From the human T2T-CHM13v2.0 reference genome, Homo sapiens, in assembly GCF_009914755.1 (NCBI RefSeq), contig NC_060925.1: a stretch of 64,000 nucleotides of DNA; one strand, 5' to 3'. The position numbers and the translations under genes are program-made. Position 1 is the stretch's first letter, and each line of letters begins with the position of its first letter. The notes under the pieces were generated by a model. The model was not told the DNA's origin and ran no database searches. It saw only the letters and a list, made by a program, of their open reading frames with translations. This document shows, piece by piece, positions 46,519 through 64,000 of the stretch.

Positions 46519-47028
46519 TGTCAGAGGTGTTCAAACCAGAGGACTCCATTTTGAGTGAGGGCAAGGAAAACGAGGCTGGGACTTGCTGGGCTGCCTTCCC
46601 AGAAAATCAGGCATTCCTAGCCTCTAGATGTTTACGGTTAAGGGAGCAAATTAACAATGTTTACTAAAACAAACCCAGACTTGGGAGTGTGCAGGTATCT
46701 CGATATCTGGAGAATGAAGGCATTCCTAATTTTGTTTTAAAGATAAAATCGATTCTTGCAAAACACAGTAATTAAGAAAATTAATTATTTATCACAAACC
46801 CTTGTAACAGAGCACATCTCATATATGCAAGCAAGGCACCTAAGGTGGATGCATTCCTCCTCTTACTTTCAGGAACATCCTGTTCTATGGAGTAGCTGTC
46901 CTTTTGCCACTGTACTTTCTTAATAAACTTGCTTTTGCTTTGCGCTGTGCGCTTGCCCTGAATTCCTTCTTGCATAAGATCCAAGAACACTCTCTTGGGG
47001 TCTGGATTGGGACCCCTTTCCTGTAACA
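46519..47028 (+). mobile_element. Solo ERV1 LTR (LTR15, MER41-related group)
   Basis: TGTCAGAGG...CTGTAACA termini, 4-bp TSD TCCC, AATAAA at 46922-46927, AGATCCAAGAAC..TCTCTTGGGGTCTGGAT U5. Confidence 0.85.
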
Positions 47029-47055
47029 TCCCCATTCGAGAATTACTGTCTCGGT

Positions 47056-47391
<336 letters not shown>

Positions 47392-48090
47392 CTAGATGTC
47401 ACAAAACCTCCTAAAATTCTGAAGATAACAAATTGTTACAAAAAGAAACTTTTTTTAAAAAAAGAAAAAATAAATACATAAAAAAGAAAAAATCAGGACT
47501 TCTCTTTCATAAAAAATGAAAATGGGAGTAATCTGCTAAAAAATTATTTTTTTTTCCTGGTTTAGCATAAAAGGTTCCAAAAACTCCCCCTTGTCTCTCC
47601 CGCCGAGGGTAAGGTGGGAAGCAAGGTGGATCCTCCATGACCCACCTCCATCCCCACAAGTGAACTTTTTTGTTTCTAAGTTCTGGGCCCTGCTTAGGGG
47701 CAACTCAGGATCTATTGTTTAAGAGGAGTTGTCCAAACCTTTCAAAGTGGGAATGAGAGGCCCACTCTCACAGTATGGGTCCTGGGACACTAAGAGTCCC
47801 AGCCAGGACCCAGCGTGGTGCCCAGGCTGATGCCCCGCCGGCTCTCACTGCTTAGAGCATGATGGAGAGTTCACCAGAGTGAGGAGGGCCACACTGGAGA
47901 GCCAGAGCCATGCCCCCTGGCAGAGAAGGTGGCATCAGATGACTGTCCCATGGGCTTTAAGACTCTTTTCCCCATTTTGGGAGTGAAAGAGCAGGTCCAC
48001 TTCTCTTGGATTTTAGAAGTTCTGGCTGTTCTTGAATGACCCAAATTGTCAGAGTGTTGAGGGAGGAGAGGCACTGCCCACAAAGGATGA

Positions 48091-49455
<1,365 letters not shown>

Positions 49456-49464
49456 ATATTTTTA

Positions 49465-49921
<457 letters not shown>

Positions 49922-51262
49922 GAGTGAAAGTTACTTTGAGAATTCTTTTTCAGTGCAGAAGCATATAACAATGACTTTCTGCTGTATCACCCCACCGGGG
50001 TACAGCGACATCTGGAATGGGGACTTGGCAAGACTTGGCACACCAAATCACCAAGCTTTTCTTCATCCCCATCACCCATTCATGCTTAATTCACTTGGGA
50101 ACCCACAAAGCTCCTTTGTGTGCGGTGAGCCAGAGCATCCGGATATTTGGAAGGGCCTGGGCTGGTGTGGTCCTCTGAGCAAGCAGAGGGTACAGAGAGT
50201 CACTTCTGCTGATGAGGTGGGAGCCAGGAAAAACAGAACTAGGAGGAAAAATAACCTGCCACCAAAAAGCTCCGGTCTTATGGAAAAGCAGTATCACTTT
50301 TGAGGATCCCTCATATGACACATGGAACTTTCATTATTCATTGTGTTTCGAGACAAAAGATCTTTCTGTTTCTGCTCTATGCTGAAACATTCTAAAATTA
50401 TTTGGAGATGGAAACCAGTTTTGAAAGCCCCAGGTACATCCTCTGTTGGCAACCGACAACCATCCTAACAGAGGGCCTAGCACATTATCCCACACCCCGA
50501 CAGTTAATTCAAGGCCATAAAGCAAGTTTTACTGAAGATTTCATCAGAAGAGGGAAGACAGAGTTACACTGCACACTGCAGAGTAAAACTTAGTAAAAAT
50601 GTTGATTAGATACCTCCGTTTTCTCCTCCTGCCCCAGAATTTCCTTCTTGGCTGCCAACCCCCCATCTCCTATTACCCCTCAACCTGCCTTTGCCCAACT
50701 TTCTCATCATGCCTTCCCATTGCCCCTCCTTCCTGGGCAGAGTGATGCAGGGACCGCCCAGCTCCTCCTACCTCAGGCCCATCAGCCCTCCCTCCAAACC
50801 AAAGATCATCCTTAGGCGCCTTGGCTTCTACTCTTCTTGGGTTTGCCTGTGGGAGACAAAAAGAAAGAATGCTTCCCTCTCATGGAGATTCGTTTTCTAT
50901 GCCCTTTTTTTGGACATTAATAAACATACCCCCTGCCCTACTTCATTGAACATAAACAGAGTCTCTAGGGTTTGAAGGCAGAAGAGAATGGCTAAAGAGA
51001 CAAGCTTGGAGAATGAACTCATCTCAAGTGGGAACTGGCAGGGATAGACACGACACCATTGGGCTGCAGCAGGGTGCCGCGGTGGAGTAGGCTCTTGGTT
51101 TTGGTCGGCTGACCTGGATTAAGCCTTGGGCCAGGCCTCATTCAGTTCTGTGTCCCAGGACTGGTGCCCAATTAGATGCACACAAATATTTGATGAACAA
51201 ATGCTCTTGGGCAGGCCAGCTGGCTTGCTTCTCAGCCACAGTTTCCTCACTTGAAAAAAGGG

Positions 51263-51415
51263 GGCCGAGCACGATGGCTCAGGCCTGTAATCCAAGCACC
51301 TTGGGAGGCTAAAATGGGAGGACCGCTCGATGCCAGGAGTTCGAGACCCCCTTGGTCAATAGAGAGACCCCATCTCTATTAAAAAAAAAAAAGAAAAAGA
51401 AAGAAAAGAAAAAAA
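51263..51415 (+). mobile_element. FLAM inserted in MIR
   Basis: Left monomer; flanks CAGTTTCCTCA...ATAATCTCT...TGAGGAT are MIR-like. Confidence 0.8.
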
Positions 51416-51812
51416 GGGACAATAATCTCTTCCCTCTACTTCTAAAGTTATGATGAGGATCAGGTAAGTTGACTGGCATAAAGGCGCCAAGAAAGTATGA
51501 AGAAAGAAAATCCTTGCCTGAGTCTTCAGGACTAGGAGCCTTTGGCTATGACCACCTCCCACCCCCTTTTTTCTCTTCCTGATTCATTTTTTCTTAGTTT
51601 CCTCAGGTTCTGTCTCCTTTCCATCTGCCCTCACCAAACCCAACAAGATTCTGTCTGGTACATCGGTGTAGTGTGGGGGAAGAAAAGATCCTGTCTGGGT
51701 AAAGGATCAGTGAATAGTCATGTACACCTGAATATGAGTTTCAATCCTCATTCCTTCTGCCAGACTTTGGCTCCACTCCTTGTCTCTGACTGTGGTGGGA
51801 AAGGCTTTATGG

Positions 51813-51979
51813 CAGTGGTTCTCACCCTCGGCAGGCCCCACATGGCAGGTTGCTGAGCCATGCCCTGAGATTTGGGTTCTGCAAGTTTGGGTCAAGACCT
51901 AGAAATCTACCTTTTAATGAGCAATTCATACAGTGAATCTGAGCCAGCTGCTCTGCTCATGGGGCATGGAAGAACACTG
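51813..51979. mobile_element. MER5B-like hAT MITE
   Basis: Inverted termini CAGTGGTTCTC / GAGAACACTG. Confidence 0.6.
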
Positions 51980-52860
51980 ATTTCTGGAGTTAGTGCTTTA
52001 GGAAGAGATGAGGGAGATGGTTAGGTTGGCCAGAGGATCCCACTGAACTTGCACCAACACTGAGGCCCCTAGTCTTCCCAGGGCAAGTCTCCTGTGGCAT
52101 CAGAGAAAGTCATCACTTTGTCAACAAGAGTAACAATTGCCGCCATTATTATAAAGCCTTTTACTCTAGCCAACCCTTCCCAAAACCTGGGAGGGGAGGT
52201 GGGACTGTTCCTAGTTCTAGAGTATCAAGTTGAGGCCTCTAGAAGCCAAGTGATTGGTCTCAGTCCTCCTGAATGATTGTAGCAGATGGGAACCCGGGGG
52301 CCTGCCCCCAGGTCAATGCATTTCCCTGTTTGTCCCGTTGTTGATCATGGGACCAATGCTGTTAGCTGTTGTTTTCACAGAGACCTGGGAGCCAAGGGAG
52401 GCTGGGCAGGAGGGTGGAGGATGGAGGAGGGAAAAGAAGGTAGGAAATAGTCACCTGGGAGGGTGACTGAGCCAAGGATGTATCATGACATTGCCAGGAT
52501 GCCAGGGCCCACTTGGGGGGCACAAACATGAATTATAGTAACATATGACAGAATGGGTGAGTCCAACCTCACATCCTTCTCTCTCGTTTTTGGCTTTCCA
52601 GAAGGGCCCCATTGTCTAGGGAGGAAGAAGAGGATACCACCTGGGCAGAGTGCTTCTGTAGCAACCGGACAGCCAAAGGTCACCCTGGCCATCTTCAGCG
52701 CACCCTCCCAGCACTCCCATGGGCCCTGCCTGAGCTGTACCCCTTCCCCTCCTCCTGCCCCCTTGTACGTCCTGTGTCCTGCCTCAAACCCGAGCCAAGT
52801 CTATTCTCTAGGGGCCAACTTCGGCTCCAGCTAAGAAAGAGTTAAAACAAAGCCATCCAG

Positions 52861-53020
52861 AGCTGGCACAGTGGCTCACACCTGTAACCCCAGCACTTTG
52901 GGAGGCCGAAGTAGGAGGATCACTTGAGGCCAGGAGTTTGAGACAAGCCTGGCCAACACAGTGAGACCCTCATCTCTAAAAAAAAAATTTAAAAGTACAT
53001 TTTAAAAAAATATTTTAAAA
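52861..53020 (+). mobile_element. FLAM
   Basis: Left monomer. Confidence 0.85.
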
Positions 53021-53030
53021 AATGCCATCC

Positions 53031-53328
<298 letters not shown>

Positions 53329-54137
53329 GCCATCCAACAGTAAAACAGGCTGACCTAGGAGACAGCCCACCCTCTTTCCCTGGGGTATGTGGCAGCAACT
53401 CAGAAGAGGTGTTAAGGAGAAAGAGGCAATTTTTGGGTTGGGGAGGAGCTGCATTTGTTGATCTTGGAGTCTGCAGATCTGTGTTTTCACTTCAGGCTCA
53501 GACACACTCTAGCGGATGACATCAGCCAAGTCCACTCATGTCCCTCAACCTCAGCTTCATCTTCTGTAAGATGGGAATGGTGATGGGGCCCAGCTCCTAA
53601 GGTTGCTGTGGGATTCAGTGAGCTCATGTCCTCACTGCTTGGCACAGTGAGCTCTCAGTAGTGGGAGCTATTGCTGCTTCTTTGCAACCTGAAGAAATCT
53701 CAGTCTGAAATAGCCAGTGTAGGAAAGAAAGAACATTGATCAGAGACTGATTGGGGCAAAGAGAGGAGATGGGGCTAGAAGTGAAGGTCTGAGGCAGCCC
53801 ATCTTGCTGAGCAGGTTAAAGGTGAGACTGTTCCCCCAACGCAGTGGGCTTTCAGCGTGAGTCATGTCCGTGTGAACACACTCTGCCACTTGGCCACCTC
53901 GCTGCCTTGGACAAGGCTGTCACCCTCTCTGCAGAGTCCTCCCATGGAGCCTATCTTTCCACCTTCCTAACACATGCAGAGGCTCTAGAGTTTCCAAAGC
54001 ATTTTGCACACAAAAGCCTCTTTGGACCCACCCAACAATTCTTACTTGTGGTGAAGGTATAATTATTTCCCTCTTTCAGATGAGGAAACTGAGTTGGGGG
54101 AGGTTGCAGAGCTGGGACTCAGGTCTTCTTTTCCTGA

Positions 54138-54173
54138 AGTACTGGATTACACGTGTGGGCCACTGGGCCTGGC
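54138..54173 (-). mobile_element. Isolated Alu 5'-end fragment flanked by ~23-bp duplication
   Basis: Reverse complement of GCCAGGCCCAGTGGCCCACACGTGTAATCCAGTACT. Confidence 0.6.
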
Positions 54174-54299
54174 GGGCTCAGGTCTCTTATTCCTGATCCA
54201 ATCAATGCTCCTAATGAATCCAAGCTGCTGCTGCTCCTCTAGGTAAATTAGGCCCCATAACACACTTGTCAAGTGATCGTGAGAAAATCACCATCCTGA

Positions 54300-54756
<457 letters not shown>

Positions 54757-55689
54757 TAGGCAGGGGCAAATTTGGGGACTATCTCGTCTAACATGGGCAG
54801 GGCTAGTAGGGAAGAGAGACCAAGAAGGTGGCCCAGTTCCTCCCCAAACTGCCTCCAGCCATGGGCTTAGCACTCCAAGCCACAGGTGTGGCTACGCTGG
54901 GGTCAAAACAATGCTCCAGGGTGGCACAGCCGGACTCGGCGTTCCTTTCCTCCCGGGCTGCCCAGGTCCCCTGTCAGCATGCCTGGCTGCTCCCCAGGGA
55001 GCATGGCAAACAAGCCTCTATTGATTCTCCCTCGTGGCTAGAAGAATGCCCCTTTGTTGAGCGTGTCACCCTCCCCCTCCCCGTGTCCTTGCCCTTAGGA
55101 GAGGAGTTCAGGTAGGAAGCAGCAGGCCATGGCTCCTTCCCCAGGGACCCAAGAGGAAAGCAGGGGCAGAACACTGCTCCAGCTCCCAGAGGAGGCCTCC
55201 ACGTCCCACCCTTTTCCCTTCTCCTCTCTGCTGTTTCCCGAGCTTGGGCACCCTTGCCCATCACCCTGGTTACCCGGTCATTACTCATGGGAGGTCCAGT
55301 CCCAGATCTCTCAGTGCTAAAACCCACTTAAGGTCCTGCTCAAATGCCCACTGTTCCACGGAGCCCTGCTAGAATGGGAGCCTGCCAAGGTGAGGCTGTA
55401 CACCTGTGTCCAACCCAGAAATAGGTCCAGAGGGCCATGTCCCAGTCTCAAGGAACAAATTAACCAATTTCTGTGAATGGCACTACCCCCTTCCCAGTCA
55501 CCCAGGCCTGGATTCTGACCAACCCAATACTGGGTTGGTTATAAGCTCTGCTGGTTCTTATTGGAAGCCACCTAAACTCCTTAGCTTGGACTTCACAGCC
55601 CTCTGTTTGGTATCAACCTACCCAACCGCGTCTCATGTGACCCCTCCTTCTGCTGGACTCTCTACTGCTTATCCATCCACCTACTTTAA

Positions 55690-56524
<835 letters not shown>

Positions 56525-56649
56525 TTATACTTAGATTTCAGGACCCAAGGCCAGTCATGCTATCATTCTGGAGCCTTCTTTGTTTACTCCAGACCACATT
56601 CATCTCTTCTTCCAAATTCCTAAGATGGTACCTTGGGTCTTGGGGCTTG

Positions 56650-56900
56650 GCTAGACTTCAAATTCAAATTCTCAAACATGTACTCTGCCCCCATGTCATG
56701 CCTATCACTGTGCTGGTGCAACACGTAGGTAACTCATCCAAGCCTCGCCACCTTCCCATGAGGTTCAAATTATGCCCAGTTTTTACAGATGGGTAAACTG
56801 AGGCTTGGAGCAGTTAAGCAACTTATCTGTGGGCTCACATATAAGGAGTGGTGGAGGAAGGATTTGAATGCAGCATCTGATCCCCCAAGTCCAGCTTCGT
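56650..56900 (-). mobile_element. MIR
   Basis: TTTTACAGATGGGTAAACTGAGGCT...TTAAGCAACTT...GGATTTGAA. Confidence 0.78.
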
Positions 56901-57385
56901 TCTCACTAGCCCTCAGCCACTTCTGCCTTTACATAATTTGATCATGGTCTTCAGGGGTCCCCAGACCTGCCCCTAATCTCCTTCCGCATCTTCACTTCTG
57001 CACGACCCACAGCACCCAGGGATCACCGGAGTAGGCACCCTGCACTTCTCTATGCCCCCTGCCAGTGGGATGTGACACTTGCAGAGTGAATAAGCACCCC
57101 TAGGGTGACAGCCAAGGCTGCCCACACCTCTCTCCTCTCCTGCAGTGGGTTCCTACAGGGAGCCAGCAGCCATCCAGTGGAACAAGGGGCCAACACTTCA
57201 GAAGAAACTGCCATATGCTGGAGTTGTGTTATTGTCAATATGACTCTTTCTTCCAGGCCTGTGCATGATGGCATGGGAATAGTCATAACAACCTTTACTA
57301 CAGCAACTCTTCATTGGCACTAGCCCATCTTAAGCTTCTCCTTTTTGGGTTAAATTCAGGATGTCAATAATAATAACAACAATAG

Positions 57386-57900
<515 letters not shown>

Positions 57901-58079
57901 TCCCAGCTCCACCCTGAGGCTGGTGGACCTCCAAGTCCTTGATCTCAACCTCTGCACCCAGTTCTACAACCAGATAGGTGTTCAGGAGGTCCAACACAGG
58001 CAGTGGATAGGTGAGGAAGGCTTAGTGACTGGGGCTCCTCAGAGAGGTGCATAAAACCAGGGAAACTCAAAGCACTGCA

Positions 58080-58300
58080 GGGACACTGGTCTGAGTTTCA
58101 GGAACCTGGGTCCAGATCCTGGCTTTGCCTCCTCCCAGCCGTGTGTCCTTGCTCATGTTGCCTACCCTCTCTGCACCTTTATTTCCTCAGCTGTGAAATG
58201 GGTTGATAATAGATTCGCCCTCCAAGCCTGGTGTAAGAAGGAAGTATGATAATGTCTGTGAACATGCTTTGAGGCCCTGAAGCACCACGCTTAGTGCATT
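58080..58300 (+). mobile_element. MIR
   Basis: CCTGGCTTTGCC...TTTCCTCAGCTGTGAAATGGG. Confidence 0.72.
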
Positions 58301-58789
58301 ATCATCCATTCCCTGGACTTCTAGAATGAGTGAACCGTGGGAGAATCAGGAACAGCATCGGGGGAAGGAGGAGAGGAAAGTGTCGGATCAGGCTTTTCTG
58401 GGTAGACAGAGGTAGGTAAATGTCTTGCTCAGCCAACCTCACATGACAAGAGGAACCTGCTAACTAGGTCACCTTGCAGGAGGAAAGAGCTATTCCGGGA
58501 TCCGCCTGCAGTTGCAGAGCTGGAGCTGGGGAGCTGAGCTGGCTATTTCAGGGGCGGCACAGAAAGCCCGTCCGACCGCTCTCCCTTGGATCTCGGCCCT
58601 GCCTTGGGCCTAGGGCCTTGGGCCTTGAGAGGCAGGGAGATTCTAGTGGACGCTGTGCTGGCACTCTCTGCATGGCTGCCCTCAGGCAGGGGGAACCATC
58701 AGGCCATCTGGAACCATCACAACACGATCTTCCCCATCCCCTGGGAACCACCATCCCAGGCAGCTGTGGGTGAGGGTGGCAAGATGCTA

Positions 58790-59010
58790 GACTTGCATTT
58801 CTCAGCCTGACTGGGAGTCTCAGCTCCTGAATGCAATGACCCTGCAACGCTGGGCAGTTTGCTCCAGCATTCTGGGCCTGGGTTTCCTCACTTGTAACAT
58901 GGGGGTAATGGTGCTTATGTTCCAGGACTGTCTGAGGATTAAATGAGATAATGATATAAAGCACCAAGCACAGGGTCTGGCCCAGAGGAAGCACTTGATA
59001 AATGGGGATT
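58790..59010 (+). mobile_element. MIR
   Basis: GTTTCCTCACTTGTAACATGGGG...GAGGATTAAATGAGATAATG. Confidence 0.78.
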
Positions 59011-59249
59011 GTTCCTAACTGAGCTTCTGTGGCATTCTATGCTGCAATAGTGATGGCGGGGAGGGGACACCTGAAAGAAGGCTGCACCTTGTGGGATGGG
59101 AATGGGGGCGGAAGGAGAGATTATGCTGGAGAAATTGAGCGTTTGAGACTGCTTAAAGAGAAGAATCCTTTTGGGAGGAGCCTGGGACTGTGAGGTCAGT
59201 GTGACCCAGGTGAGAATTGCTCAGCTCCCTGCAGGTTGGGCAGGTATGT

Positions 59250-59590
59250 CTTTACCTTCTGAGCTTCAGGTGCCTTGTCTGCAAAATGAGGCTGAAAATA
59301 CTTAGCTCCTATAATCTGGCAAGAAATAAGTGAATTAACATAAAGCCTTTATTTAGCATAGTGCTTGGCACCTAGTAGGTGTTCAAGAAATGCCAGCTAT
59401 TATTGTGTTATCTCATTTAGTCCTCATAGCTACCCTATAAAGAAAGTATTACTATCTTCATTTTATAGATGAGGAAATGGAGGCACAGAGAGGTTAAGTA
59501 ATTTATGCAGGGTCTCATAGTGAAGAAGCTGTTTTACTAAGATTTGAATTTAGTCTGACCTTGGAATTCGCACTTTTAACTACCACTTCC
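59250..59590. mobile_element. Tail-to-tail MIR pair
   Basis: Plus MIR ending GCTATTATT then minus MIR with GAGGCACAGAGAGGTTAAGTAA. Confidence 0.75.
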
Positions 59591-59596
59591 CATGCT

Positions 59597-59631
<35 letters not shown>

Positions 59632-59889
59632 AAGTATGTATAGCTATATGCGGATATGTGAAACAAAAAGATGAAAAGTGCCTAGCATGATATGGTTACA
59701 TAGTCAGTGATCAGTAACCAGCAGCTGTTGTTACTGTAATTGTTATTCCCGTCATGACCATTGTTCACAATTTAATTGGCAATTATGAAACAGGAGTGGC
59801 CGGTGAAGGTAGAAAGAGTTCTAAAATATTAGAAAAGGCAACAATCCCATTCTCAAAGGACTTGTCAAAAGGAAAAGGCAAAAGAATAG

Positions 59890-60500
<611 letters not shown>

Positions 60501-60579
60501 TCTTTGTCATTGATTTAATAACTCAACCATCATTTATTAAGCACGTACTAAGGTCGGTCAGCATGTTAGGCATGGCTAT

Positions 60580-61010
60580 TAGTATGGATTATATTAGGCT
60601 GCAGGAAGACTTAACGAGAAAAGAGGTTTTAGTGCCTCTCAGAACATTCAGCGGGGAAGCAGTTCAAAGCCGATGTGGCAGCTTCAGGGTGTCAGGGACC
60701 ATGGCTCGCTCTCTGGGGGGGCTCTGGCATTTCTAGGGAGTTACCTTTTTCCACATGGTCCTATGGGGTACACCACCATGTCTATGTTCCAGCCAGCAGG
60801 GTAAGGAGGAGAAGCGGAGGGCATGCTTCTTCCAGGAAAGGTCTCACTGAAGTTGCTCACACCACCTCCCTCCTTATGCATTGGCCAGAACCTTGTTGCT
60901 TGGACACCCCTAGCTGCAAGCTAGACTAAGACACGTCAGGACTTTGGGAGGCCATTAGCCTTGCTAAAAACAGGTCCCAATTACTGCAGAAGAAGGGAGA
61001 ACAGCAACAG
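60580..61010 (-). mobile_element. MLT1J-type LTR
   Basis: TTCCAGCCAGCAGG...GAAGTTG...CATTGGCCAGAAC...CCTAGCTGCAAG. Confidence 0.62.
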
Positions 61011-61105
61011 GGGCACCCCTGCAGCATAACAGATTAAGTAAGTCAAAGCCACAATCCTGGAAGAACCCAGTGCCCAGTGAAAGTGACATACACTGTCAAG
61101 AAATT

Positions 61106-61350
61106 GGCTGGGTGCAGTGGCTCATACCTGTAATCTCAGAGCTTTGGGAAGTTGAGGCAGGAGGATCACTTGAGCCCAGGAGTTCAAGCCTGGGCAACAG
61201 GAAAAAAAATTTTTTTAATTAGCTGGGGATGGTGGTGTGTGCTGTAATCCCAGCTACTCCAGAGGCTAAGGGACGAGAATGGCCTGAGCTGGGGAGATAG
61301 AGGGTGAAGTGAGCTATGATTGCACCACTGCATTCCAGCTGGGGCAAATA
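61106..61350 (+). mobile_element. Degraded AluJ
   Basis: Dimer with internal deletion, no tail. Confidence 0.82.
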
Positions 61351-62576
61351 ATTATAAGACAATCTGTGAAGTGCTGTGATTGAGCTATAGGGTTACCAGG
61401 GACAGAATGACCAACACTGGCTGGGGGGCCATGAACAGCTTCATCTCCCATGAAGATTTTGCCTGGAACGATCCCATCCCACTCCGTTTGTACCATGTGG
61501 TTCTGTGCTCCCACCAAGACTTAACTGATCTCAGCAGTGGGTGAGGGGCACTCCTGACCAAGCTGGAATCATCCAAGGCCTGCTGGGAGTTTGAATGGAG
61601 TGGAGCGAAGCAGCATCTGGGGTCATGGTAGACTTGTCCCCTGAAGGCAGCAGGCTTCTACTGCAGTGATCCCTGGAGACATGCTAGACCTGTTCTTCAG
61701 ACGATCCTTGATTCAACTCCTCTTCCTTCAGTCTGTGTGGTGCCTCCATAGCTCCCAAGATATCCATCCCACCACTCCCTCCCAGGTTTGTTTGTTTGTT
61801 TGTTTGTTTTTGCCTTAAGGTAGTTACTTGAGACCAAAATAAGCTGAACTAACTCAGAGGTCAGGGTAAGTTAACAAGCAGTTTCACTGAGATTCAATTC
61901 TAAGTGGATATCCCCCCCCCGGGTGCAATGTGCAATAAGAAGCCATGAGGTTTTAAGGAGGGCAGAGGGGAAGGTTTTCCAGGCAGGGAATCAGCAGCGT
62001 ATATATCTGGAAGCCTTTTATTTCTGTCAGTGGTTTATTGATTATGCAATAAAAGGACCGCTGGGAAGAGAAAACTCATAACAAAGGCCCTAGTGGGCCC
62101 TGAAGCCACCAGCCCACGACTATCTCTGGGTGAAGAGCTGGAGTTTCGTCCTCCGAGACAGCTGTGGTTTCTGCTTTGCTCTGTGATCCTAGGCCCTCCA
62201 GGAGATCTCTCTGGAACTGATTCTTCAATTTCTAAGAGAACAACAAGAGTATTTAAGGGGATTAAAAACCACAGCAATATCTATGAACACTTTAAAACCC
62301 CACTCTGTGCAGGCCTGGTTTAACCCTGGCGATGTAATCATCAATCATTCCTATCCTTGACCTTCCCCTGCACTCACTCAATGAGCAGCTCCCAAAAGTT
62401 GGGTCTCCACTGTGCACCTGGGGTCCACACACTTCTCCCCACCAGCTTGGCCCACCACTTCATCGAGCCTCTGGATGACTGCTTCGTCTCCTAACTGGTC
62501 TTCCTTTTGTTATTTTTGTCCCCTTCCAATCTGTTCCTACGATACAGCCAATTTGATCTTTTAAAAAATCAGATCA

Positions 62577-62878
<302 letters not shown>

Positions 62879-62884
62879 TCAGAT

Positions 62885-63650
<766 letters not shown>

Positions 63651-64000
63651 AAAATCAGATTATGTCATTTTCCTGTTTAAAACCTTCCAACGGCTTCCTA
63701 TTGCACTTTGAACAACATAATAAAACTCCTTCCTCTGGCTCATGAAGTCCCCATGATGTGGCCCCTGCCTTGCTGTCTCCCTTCCCCAACTAACACTCCA
63801 CAATGGGCTTCTTTCTGTTTCTCAAATATGCCCAGTTTTTTCTCACCCCAGGGTCTTTGCACTTGCTGTTCCCTCTATCTCGATGCTCTTCCCTCTGATT
63901 TTCAGATGGCTGGTTCCCTGTTATCACTGAGGTCCTAGCTAAACATCCCTTCCTTGGAGGGGCCATCCTGACCACCCAATAAGAGCAGCCACCCAGTCAC
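63651..64000 (+). mobile_element. L2a (continuation of 62400-62575)
   Basis: TCAGATTATGTCA...AAAACCTTCCAACGGCTTCC...CAGGGTCTTTGCACTTGCTGTTCCCTCT. Confidence 0.8.

Overview
This is primate (catarrhine, most likely human) genomic DNA. AluY, AluS, AluJ and monomeric Alus, THE1/MLT1 MaLRs, MIR, L2, L1M and Tigger/Charlie transposons are all recognisable. I found no protein-coding exon, tRNA, rRNA or CRISPR array. The longer ORFs in the track come from Alus, microsatellites, the MaLR internal region or the GC-rich island. About 67 Alu elements cover roughly a quarter or more of the window. Main landmarks: (1) a ~600-bp CpG island at 19.3-19.9 kb with GC boxes, a TAATTA/TAATTG doublet, a G4 motif and a perfect CAG|GTGAGT splice donor that overlaps a perfect NF-E2/NRF2-sMAF site, suggesting a first exon of a plus-strand transcript or an orphan-island enhancer; (2) a complete two-LTR THE1D-type provirus at 28.1-30.8 kb; (3) a solo LTR15/MER41-group LTR with a GAS motif at 46.5-47.0 kb; (4) a CpG-retaining ERVL LTR at 37.6-38.2 kb; (5) an ancient local duplication of a tail-to-tail MIR pair at 39.0 and 45.1 kb. 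There are also several reused insertion target sites and small template-switch or repair scars. I cannot name the locus and I see no demonstrably new biological system. The regulatory hypotheses are inferences. Repeat subfamily names come from recalled consensus sequences, and boundaries of old repeats are approximate.
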